From the NCBI GenBank assembly GCA_043750125.1, contig JAYVCD010000006.1:1-34502 (forward strand): a stretch of 34,502 nucleotides of DNA. The letters are read 5' to 3'. Shown piece by piece: positions 1 through 6,479 of this stretch. Origin of the DNA: Archangiaceae bacterium (GTDB lineage Bacteria > Myxococcota > Myxococcia > Myxococcales > Myxococcaceae). The translations under genes and the position numbers were made by a program. Numbering within the stretch: position 1 is the stretch's first letter; every line of letters begins with the position of its first letter. The notes under the pieces are model-generated. The model did not search any database, had not been told where the DNA came from, and saw only the letters and a program-made list of their open reading frames with translations.

Positions 1-87
1 CCTACGGGATCGTTGCCGCGCGCGTCTTCAGCTCACTGATCGCCTCAACTCACGCTCGATTCGACCCACACACAGTCCAGAAGAGCC
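1..87. mobile_element. Probable terminal segment of an ISL3-family insertion sequence (rest lies outside the window)
   Basis: Sequence ends ...CCCACACACAGTCCAGAAGAGCC at 87 (reverse complement GGCTCTTC..., the typical ISL3 terminus). Frame +2 reads ...PTHSPEEP, resembling ISL3 transposase C-termini. It is followed by AT-rich TGAAATGA, a possible 8-bp target duplication. Only one end is visible. Confidence 0.45.
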
Positions 88-265
88 TGAAATGATGGCG
101 ATGTTCCGTCGCACGATGTTCAAGCGCGTCATTCCCAACCTCAAGCGCATCGGGCTGCTCAGCAATCGCATCCGGCCCAAGTACGCCGAGCTTGGGTTGC
201 TCCAATACGAAATGGGGAAGGCCGCGCCCGACCTGACCGCGGCCGATCTGCTCGCCGACCGCTAA
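88..265 (+). pseudogene. 3' fragment of a ferritin-like (AurF-like diiron oxygenase family) gene, apparently IS-interrupted
   Basis: Frame +2 gives EMMAMFRRTMFKRVIPNLKRIGLLSNRIRPKYAELGLLQYEMGKAAPDLTAADLLADR* (TAA 263-265). This resembles the FRxxxFxRIVPxxKxIGL...Y.ELG C-terminus of ferritin-like diiron proteins, with host-like codon usage. Not in the supplied ORF track. Confidence 0.5.
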
Positions 266-1287
266 AACAAGGAAAGCTGGGGCTTCAATTTTTCGGGCCG
301 CCGAAAAGTCGTGGGCGGCTCTTCTCCGAGTCGACCCACCAGCCCCAGCCGTTTCACCGTCACTTCGAAGGCCCGGGCAATCATCTCGGCATAGGGGCCT
401 TCTCCGGTGCCGCGAATTCCCCAACGCGAGTCATAGAGCTTGCCTGCGCGGGTCTCGCGCACCCGATGAAGAATTTTGTCGGCCCGCAGGGGAAGAGCGG
501 CCCGAATCCTTTCCTCGAAGACGGCCTTGACCGTCGAAGGCAGGCGCAGCAGCACGTACCCTGCGAACTGTGCTCCAGCGTCCTTCGCGGCCTCGAGGAC
601 CAGCGCCATTCCCTCGTCGCTCACTCCTGGAATGATGGGCGCGACCATCACCCCGACCGGAATTCCGGCGGCGGCGAGCTTTCGAACCGCTTCCATTCTG
701 CGCTGCGGAGTCGGGACGCCCGGCTCAATCGCCCGCGCCAACTTTGGATCCCAGATCGGAATGCTGATCGCGATGCTCACCGAGGCCTGACGGTTCAACG
801 TCAGCAACAGATCGAGGTCGCGCTCGACCAGGGCGCCCTTGGTGATCATCATCACCGGGTTTCGGTACTCGGCGCAGACCTCGAGACACCCGCGGGTCAA
901 CTTCAACGAAGCCTCGAGCGGCTGGTAGCAGTCGGTGACGCCCGAGAACATCAGGCGATCTCCTTTCCACGACGGTCGTTCGAAGGTGTCTCGCAACAGT
1001 TGGGCGGCGTTCATCTTCGCCATGATCTTGGTGTCGAAATCCGTGCCGGCTCCGAAGCTCAGGTACTCATGGGTGGGCCGGGCAAAACAGTAGGCGCAGG
1101 CGTGGTTACAGCCGCGGTAGGGGTTGACGCTGAAGTGAAAACCAAGATCCGGGCTGGTGTTGCGTGCGACGATTTCCCGGGTGTGGTCTTCGTAGACCTC
1201 GACCTTCGCGAGCGGCACTTCTTCCAGGTACTGCACCGACGTGCTCGACCAGGGGTTGGGAGGGTTGGCGATGGGGACCGGCTTCAT
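262..1287 (-). CDS. PA0069/Rv2578c-family radical SAM protein (SplB-like, putative DNA repair)
   Basis: NPYRGCNHACAYCFARPTHEYL (CxxxCxxC), GVTDCYQPLE, ITKG, EPGVPTP, VAPIIPG and C-terminal QLSLF, all typical of this family. Confidence 0.92.
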   Translation of the reverse strand: MKPVPIANPPNPWSSTSVQYLEEVPLAKVEVYEDHTREIVARNTSPDLGFHFSVNPYRGCNHACAYCFARPTHEYLSFGAGTDFDTKIMAKMNAAQLLRDTFERPSWKGDRLMFSGVTDCYQPLEASLKLTRGCLEVCAEYRNPVMMITKGALVERDLDLLLTLNRQASVSIAISIPIWDPKLARAIEPGVPTPQRRMEAVRKLAAAGIPVGVMVAPIIPGVSDEGMALVLEAAKDAGAQFAGYVLLRLPSTVKAVFEERIRAALPLRADKILHRVRETRAGKLYDSRWGIRGTGEGPYAEMIARAFEVTVKRLGLVGRLGEEPPTTFRRPEKLKPQLSLF

Positions 1288-1299
1288 CCCAACACCATA

Positions 1300-1315
1300 C
1301 TGAAAGCGCGTTCAG
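1300..1315. promoter_or_regulatory. Myxobacterial-type LexA (SOS) box over the promoter of the PA0069-family gene
   Basis: CTGAAAGCGCGTTCAG matches the first 16 positions of the Myxococcus xanthus LexA consensus CTRHAMRYBYGTTCAGS. It abuts a minus-strand -10-like TATGGT (1299-1294) 6 nt before the ATG. Confidence 0.8.
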
Positions 1316-1326
1316 TTATCGCGTTT

Positions 1327-3072
1327 TCAGGCGGGCTGGAGGAAGCGCCCGGCGGCGAGGTGGTCGATGATCTCTCGCGCAGCTTCGGGGTCGAGCGGAC
1401 CTTTCGGTGAAAGCTTCGAAAGCGCGGTGTTCACGGCGGTGGGGCGCTCGAATGCGGCCAGAACCTCGAGCAAGGCCGAACCGTCATCGCCTTGTTGGAG
1501 CATCGGGTCGGAGAACTTGCGGGGGTTGACCGACGGGGCACACGCCAGGCCTGTTCCATTGATGGACCGCACGACCGTCACCGGTTCCTTCGCTACTCGG
1601 ACGGGAACGCGATAGCGGCCCAACCAATCACCGAGCTCGAACTGCAAAGTCGCCGCAGAGGTATTCACCAGGCGGGTGCGTCCGTTGACCTCGACCTTTC
1701 CGAGCTCAGCTGCGCGTTGCCACACCATCTGATCGACCGCGTCAGACGTGCTTTGAACTGCCTGCTCGAGAGCAGGGTCCAGGAACCGAACCATGGGCAC
1801 CGTTTTTTCGGCTGGATCCAGGCGGGCGAAGTAGTCGAGGAACTCAACGAAGGTCCGCGCCTCGCTCACCATTCCAAAGCGCTCGGGGTGCTCGGTGACC
1901 AGCGCTCCGGGTTGCGATTCGAGGCGTTGGTAACCCACGGTGCAGCCCAGACTGAGGACGCGCTCGACGAGGCGACGTTCCTGGGCGAGGGTTTGCTCGG
2001 TGGCAAAGGGCAGCCCTGCGATGCCCGAGATCTCGAGCTCGAGATTGGGGTGGCGCCGGCAGGCCTCGATGACCTTGAACAGCTCGGGGTCGGTAGGGCA
2101 GGGCTTGAGCAGGCCGCGGCCCATTTGTTCGAGCCGCTGCAGCTCTGAGAAGCACCCGATGTCGAGCACCATGTAGACGCGCTGAAACGCCCTCGACAGC
2201 GTCTGCGCCAACTGCGGGGGGGGCACGCCCCAGAGGAAGTAGGTGGTCGAGTGGCGAGAGAGATCCACTCCGGCCCAGGTGCGCTCGAGAAATTCTGCGG
2301 TGCTGCCGGCGAAGTCGTAGCGAAGCTGCCAGGTGCGGGGGACGATTTCCTGATGGTCGGCTTGCACGCTTTTTTCAGGCCGCAGGAAAGGCTTCGCGCG
2401 CCCGAAAGTCGCCTTCTGCATCCCGCGGGTGCCACTGCAGTAGAGACAATTTTCGCCGCACCCTTTTCCCGGAGCGACCCAGCCCGAAAACGAGTGCAGG
2501 TCCAATCGGCTGAGGAAGATGTCATCGAAGTGCGAGTAGTGGATGTCGCTGCTCGAGGCCCCTTGCACGTAGTCCAGGGTGGCCCGCGGGAGAGCAGATC
2601 GGGTGACGACATTGGGAGGTGTCGCGTCGCCACGACACAGCGACAGCAGCGGAACTTCGCCGTCGCCGAGGATCACCGAGTCGACGCAGTCCCACCCGAC
2701 CAGGTCCTGCCAGAAATACGAGGCGGTGTTGCCTCCGAGGACGATCTGCACTTCGGGGTCGATGGTTCGCAGCGTCTTCGCGATCAGCAGCGCGCGAGCG
2801 ACGTGGTGAAACCACTTCAGGCTGATGCCAACCAGCCGAGGCCGAACGTGGGCCACCAGGCCCGCCAGCGAGCGGGCCACTTCGGCGTCGGACTCATCGC
2901 TGTCGAACAGCCGGACGTAGGCCTCGATCCCATTCCGGCGCAGGTACCCCGCCAGGTAGAGGATCCCGCAGGTGGCCTCACCCGTTCCGGCGCCCACCAG
3001 CAGGACTGGGGAAAGGGCGCGAGGGCCGCCGGTCGAAGGTCGTTGGGAGCTGGGTCGGGTTCGGACGGGCAT
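1327..3072 (-). CDS. Cobalamin-binding domain radical SAM protein
   Basis: N-terminal B12-binding-type domain (GILYLAGYLRRNG, PRLVGIS, IVLGG, VILGDGE), then KGCGENCLYCSG (CxxxCxxC). Start taken as ATG 3072 (MPVRT); the ORF is open to 3141. Confidence 0.85.
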   Translation of the reverse strand: MPVRTRPSSQRPSTGGPRALSPVLLVGAGTGEATCGILYLAGYLRRNGIEAYVRLFDSDESDAEVARSLAGLVAHVRPRLVGISLKWFHHVARALLIAKTLRTIDPEVQIVLGGNTASYFWQDLVGWDCVDSVILGDGEVPLLSLCRGDATPPNVVTRSALPRATLDYVQGASSSDIHYSHFDDIFLSRLDLHSFSGWVAPGKGCGENCLYCSGTRGMQKATFGRAKPFLRPEKSVQADHQEIVPRTWQLRYDFAGSTAEFLERTWAGVDLSRHSTTYFLWGVPPPQLAQTLSRAFQRVYMVLDIGCFSELQRLEQMGRGLLKPCPTDPELFKVIEACRRHPNLELEISGIAGLPFATEQTLAQERRLVERVLSLGCTVGYQRLESQPGALVTEHPERFGMVSEARTFVEFLDYFARLDPAEKTVPMVRFLDPALEQAVQSTSDAVDQMVWQRAAELGKVEVNGRTRLVNTSAATLQFELGDWLGRYRVPVRVAKEPVTVVRSINGTGLACAPSVNPRKFSDPMLQQGDDGSALLEVLAAFERPTAVNTALSKLSPKGPLDPEAAREIIDHLAAGRFLQPA

Positions 3073-3158
3073 CGGAAGCGGGCCTGCGACTGTCGCACTT
3101 TCGGCGGAAGGCGCGAAGCACCGCAAGCCCCTGTTCCCCACTGTTGGAAGGTTGAGTT

Positions 3159-3692
3159 ATGGCCTCGGGAATGGAATCGACAACCCCGTCCAACATCGAC
3201 TCACTGCTTCTCGATGCGACCCAGCGGCCCCTGGACGGTGCCGCTCAGCTTCGGGCCGCTTACGCCTGTGACAACCAGGCGCGTGAGAGCGAAGCGGTGG
3301 CCTTCTACGATGCGGCCTGGAAGCTCGGGCTCGACCTGCCGGCATCCGAAAAGCATGGCTTTATGATCGGGTACGGCTCGACCCTGAAGAACGTCGGGCG
3401 TCTCGAAGAATCCGAACGGGTTCTTCGCCAGCTGCGAGAAGAGGCTCCTTCGTCCGGCGCAGCCCGGGTGTTCCTCGCGCTGACGCTTCACGCTGGGGGA
3501 CATCTCAACGCTGCAATCGTCGAGTTGCTCGACCTGGCTCTCGCCCAAAAGGACCGCGATGAAACGCTCAAGCGGTACGAGCGGTCGATTTCCTTCTATC
3601 GAAGTGGGATTTCGGACAAGGCCGGGTCAAAGACAGACACCTCGCCCGATTTTCGCGCGCGCGGACCCCTCGGGTCGAACAGGACACCATGA
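3159..3692 (+). CDS. Tetratricopeptide repeat protein (TPR_5-like)
   Basis: AYACDNQARESEAVAFYDAAWKLGL...IGYGSTLKNVGRLEESERVL...VFLALTLH, the TPR_5 pattern. Confidence 0.8.
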   Translation: MASGMESTTPSNIDSLLLDATQRPLDGAAQLRAAYACDNQARESEAVAFYDAAWKLGLDLPASEKHGFMIGYGSTLKNVGRLEESERVLRQLREEAPSSGAARVFLALTLHAGGHLNAAIVELLDLALAQKDRDETLKRYERSISFYRSGISDKAGSKTDTSPDFRARGPLGSNRTP

Positions 3693-4027
3693 ATGGGCCA
3701 GGTCGATTGACGTTGCTGTTGCTGGTTGCCCTCAGCGCCTGCGGTCCGGGCTTGCCGACCAACGGCTATTGCCCTGACGCGGGCACCGGGCTGACGTGGG
3801 CGAACTTCGGTTCAAGATTCATGACTTCGTACTGCGTGGGCTGTCATGGCGGCACGCGCGTCGAAAAGAAAGTAGACCTCACGAGCGAAGCCGGAGTCGC
3901 GCTCAACGCCGACCCGGTCATCGCGCAAGCCGGGATCGGGACCCAGATGCCTCCAACCGGCAGCCCAGCGCCGACGCCGAGCGAACGCAAACAGCTCGCC
4001 GAGTGGGCGGGCTGTGGAGCTCCGTAA
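3689..4027 (+). CDS. Small monoheme c-type cytochrome lipoprotein
   Basis: Lipobox LSA-C, heme motif YCVGCH, distal MPP (Met ligand) and terminal LAEW helix. ATGA overlap with the TPR gene. Confidence 0.8.
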   Translation: MNGPGRLTLLLLVALSACGPGLPTNGYCPDAGTGLTWANFGSRFMTSYCVGCHGGTRVEKKVDLTSEAGVALNADPVIAQAGIGTQMPPTGSPAPTPSERKQLAEWAGCGAP

Positions 4028-4132
4028 TGGGGGTCGGCCCCCGGAAGAGAGCGCCAATACCCACATCGTTGAAGTCGTAGAGGCGCAGGTGTGGGTTCCA
4101 TTCGCAGTTATCTGGCCGCGATCATTCGACTC

Positions 4133-4289
4133 GCCGGAACCTGACAACGCAAATGAGACAACGTGCTTTCGGAATTTAGACAACCAAGTTCATGCTCGCC
4201 TCCGGTTGTGAGGGTTTGTTGATCCACGCCGCTGTGGGCAGTTGCGGCGGTAATGGGACGCCGTGGACGAAGCGCTCGGGATGGGCAGC
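4133..4289 (-). mobile_element. IS3-family remnant: transposase C-terminus plus degenerate right inverted repeat
   Basis: Minus strand 4289-4176 encodes AAHPERFVHGVPLPPQLPTAAWINKPSQPEASMNLVV*, matching the HPERF...P..LP..AWIN.P tail of a subgroup of IS3 OrfB. It is followed by IR-like TGTCTCATTTGCGTTGTCAGGTTCCGG (4160-4134). Confidence 0.7.
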
Positions 4290-4696
4290 TCTCGAACGGC
4301 GGCGTCGTCGGGCCTGCTCGTCGAGACCTCGGTCACGTTGCGCTGCGCGGTCTTTGCTGATTCCGAAGCGCCCTTGAAATCCCCGGCGGCGAACTTCTTC
4401 TCCGACTCGGTCAGCGACGCGGTCGCAGTGACCAAGGCGGTCTGCGCCTTGGCGTCGTTCAGCGCCGTCTGGGCGGCGTCCTTCTTCGACACCAGCTTTA
4501 CAGCACGCTCCAGAAGTGGAAGTGCGTCGGCGGGGCGCTTGGCTGCGAGCGCTGCCTGACCCTCAGCGAGGAAGGCGTCACCACAACGGACACTCTGCGC
4601 GGCGGGGATGTCTCCGCCCTTCGCGACCTCAGTGCAGAGCGTGACCAACTGGCTCGTGGCGGCGTTCGCGTCGAGCGCGGCGAGCCTCGTACTCGC
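4290..4696 (-). pseudogene. Internal fragment of an Ala-rich helical (TPR-like) protein gene, truncated at both ends
   Basis: Open frame ASTRLAALDANAATSQLVTLC...ALAAKRPADALPLLERAVKL...SRPDDAAVRE. An in-frame TGA lies immediately upstream with no convincing start or RBS, and the 3' end runs into the IS3 remnant. Confidence 0.5.
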
Positions 4697-4707
4697 TCAC
4701 GCCGCCC

Positions 4708-5166
4708 ATGACGCTTGCCGACATCTTCGGCGCGTCCGAAACTGGGCCGATGGCGGTCATCGACGCTCCGAGTTCGCAGCGGTACTTCCACGGCACGAAG
4801 GCCGATCTGAGGCAAGGAGATCTGATCGAGGCTGGCTGGAACTCCAACTTCGGCAAGAGGAAGAAGGCGGCCTACGTGTACCTGACCGCCACTCTGGACG
4901 CTGCCACTTGGGGAGCCGAGCTGGCGACAGGCGAGGGGCACGGCAGGATCTACGTCGTCGAGCCGATCGGTCCGATGGAGGACGACCCCAACCTGACGGA
5001 CAAGAAGTTCCCCGGCAATCCGACGAAGTCCTACCGCACTCGGGATCCGCTGCGCGTCACGGGCGAAATCACGGATTGGAAGGGACACGCTCCTGAGCAG
5101 TTGCAGGCCATGAAGGACCGCGTCGCGCGACTCGCGGAGCTTGGCGTCGAAGCCATCGAAGACTGA
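4708..5166 (+). CDS. arr: NAD(+)--rifampin ADP-ribosyltransferase
   Basis: YFHGTKADL..GDLI..G..SNF, YVYLTATLDAATWGAELA.GEG.GRIYVVEP.G..EDDPNLTDKKFPGNPTKSYR, the full Arr signature. Alternative start ATG 4750. Confidence 0.95.
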   Translation: MTLADIFGASETGPMAVIDAPSSQRYFHGTKADLRQGDLIEAGWNSNFGKRKKAAYVYLTATLDAATWGAELATGEGHGRIYVVEPIGPMEDDPNLTDKKFPGNPTKSYRTRDPLRVTGEITDWKGHAPEQLQAMKDRVARLAELGVEAIED

Positions 5167-5234
5167 GCGCGGCGGCGACTTCAGGCTTCGGGTCGAGTGT
5201 CCGCTCGCTCACGAGCCTTCTTCGTCACTCCGGT

Positions 5235-5254
5235 TACACAGCAGCTACACAGCA
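5235..5254. repeat. Tandem 9-bp direct repeat TACACAGCA (11-bp period), candidate integrase arm-type sites
   Basis: TACACAGCA at 5235-5243 and 5246-5254, about 60 bp beyond the tRNA 3' end in a low-GC stretch. Confidence 0.55.
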
Positions 5255-5314
5255 TTGAGTGCGTTCTGCTGCACTCCACTGCACTGCAACCCCTCTAAGT
5301 TACTGTGCTTCGAG

Positions 5315-5385
5315 CTGGGGAACTAGGATTCGAACCTAGATAGCCAGAGTCAGAGTCTGGAGTCCTACCGTTGGACGATTCCCCA
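5315..5385 (-). tRNA. tRNA-Gln (anticodon CTG), CCA not encoded
   Basis: Minus strand TGGGGAATCGTCCAACGGTAGGACTCCAGACTCTGACTCTGGCTATCTAGGTTCGAATCCTAGTTCCCCAG. Acceptor stem TGGGGAA/TTCCCCA, anticodon arm CCAGA-CTCTGAC-TCTGG, T loop GTTCGAATC. Confidence 0.97.
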
Positions 5386-5389
5386 AAAA

Positions 5390-5722
5390 CTACTTGGTCT
5401 TCTTTTTCTTACCAGACTCAGCCCCTACAACAACATAGATGCGAACCTCATCGTTGTTTTCGTAGATGTTGAGCCCTTCCCAACCGCCTCTACCGCTGGG
5501 GTTGGCGATGTGCAGGGCCTTGATTCCGGGCTGGTTGACGATCTGCTTTCGGGGGTACGCGCTCGAAGGCAGCGCTGTCTTGTAGAACTTCATCACCGAC
5601 TCGAGGTCGCCGGTCGCCTTGTACCGGTTCTCGGCGACCTTGCGGGCAGAGTCCGGAAACACCCCGGGCTCTGCCGCGGCCGCGGTTGCTACCAAAATTG
5701 CGAGGGCGAACCACCGTTTCAT
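5390..5722 (-). CDS. Small exported hypothetical protein (110 aa) with Lys-rich tail
   Basis: Signal peptide MKRWFALAILVATAAAA. ATGA overlap with the CPBP stop codon. Ends GKKKKTK. It is the real 3' part of track ORF 5390..6415. Confidence 0.8.
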   Translation of the reverse strand: MKRWFALAILVATAAAAEPGVFPDSARKVAENRYKATGDLESVMKFYKTALPSSAYPRKQIVNQPGIKALHIANPSGRGGWEGLNIYENNDEVRIYVVVGAESGKKKKTK

Positions 5723-6477
5723 GGCCCGGCAAGGTAGCTGCGCGCCGACAGCCAGTCCATGAAGACCGCGACGAGCCCGTGGATCATCGCCCCGTACCAG
5801 AAGCTTCGGGTGCGCAGCGCGAGGATCCCCAGGGCGAGCGCCGCGAGAATCGAGCCCAGCGCCTCGAGCTCGGCTTTGCCAAGGTGCATCACCGCGAACG
5901 GCGCCACCGGCAACAACAGCGCTCCTGCCCGGCCGAACTTCGGGAGCAGTCCGTTGACCATCCACCCGCGGAAGAAGAACTCCCAGCCGATGAAGTAGAA
6001 CAGATAGCCCAGCTCGTAGAGCACGAAGAGCTTCCAGCTGATGACGTCGGGCACTCCGTCGGTGTGAAGGGTGTAGGCCGCCGACCCCGCGAGCGGATAC
6101 ATGCCCTTGAACGCGGCCATCTTCGAAGCGACGTAGACGGACGGCAGCATCACCGCGAGGAACAGACCCGAAATCGACAGGCCCGCCCGCCAGTCGCCCA
6201 GCCCCAGCCCGTACATCCGGTGGAAGCTTCCCCGGGTCACCGCCGAGATCAGCAGTGGGATCAGGCAGTACAAAACGAAGCTCGCCCCGAACCAGTAGAA
6301 GTGGGTGAGCGCGCCAATCGCCGGGTGCTTGTCGAAGGTCGTCCCGAAGACTTCCCGGAAGTACCCGGTGCTCGCCTGGTGGTGCGAAATCACCAGCAGC
6401 GCGCTGCCAAAGCACACGATCACCGTGGCTTCGTTGCCCAGGTCCCGCAGGTACATGCGAGCCCGGGCGAGCAGCAC
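5719..6477 (-). CDS. CPBP (CAAX/Abi) family intramembrane glutamic endopeptidase
   Basis: Multiple TM helices; WEFFFRG (ExxxR), PFAVMH (FxxxH), and LRTRSFWYGAMIHGLVAVFMD. GTG start 2 nt after the gltX stop. Confidence 0.88.
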   Translation of the reverse strand: MLLARARMYLRDLGNEATVIVCFGSALLVISHHQASTGYFREVFGTTFDKHPAIGALTHFYWFGASFVLYCLIPLLISAVTRGSFHRMYGLGLGDWRAGLSISGLFLAVMLPSVYVASKMAAFKGMYPLAGSAAYTLHTDGVPDVISWKLFVLYELGYLFYFIGWEFFFRGWMVNGLLPKFGRAGALLLPVAPFAVMHLGKAELEALGSILAALALGILALRTRSFWYGAMIHGLVAVFMDWLSARSYLAGP

Positions 6478-6479
6478 TC

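Noticed and set aside
1-9. CCTACGGGA resembles the start of 16S rRNA primer 341F
   Set aside because: The match stops after 9 nt and the following sequence is not rRNA-like.
3073-3158. Cobalamin riboswitch or RiPP precursor near the B12 radical SAM gene
   Set aside because: The divergent gap is under 90 bp, too short for a cobalamin riboswitch, and holds no plausible peptide ORF.
4030-4130. Possible coding remnant on the minus strand (WNPHLRLYDFNDVGIGALF)
   Set aside because: Too short, no start, and no family recognisable by eye.
4708-5220. arr as an integron gene cassette
   Set aside because: No recognisable attC (RYYYAAC...GTTRRRY) and no intI in the window.
5723-6415. 5' three-quarters of track ORF 5390..6415
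   Set aside because: It overlaps the CPBP gene in another frame; the real gene starts at ATG 5722 with a signal peptide.
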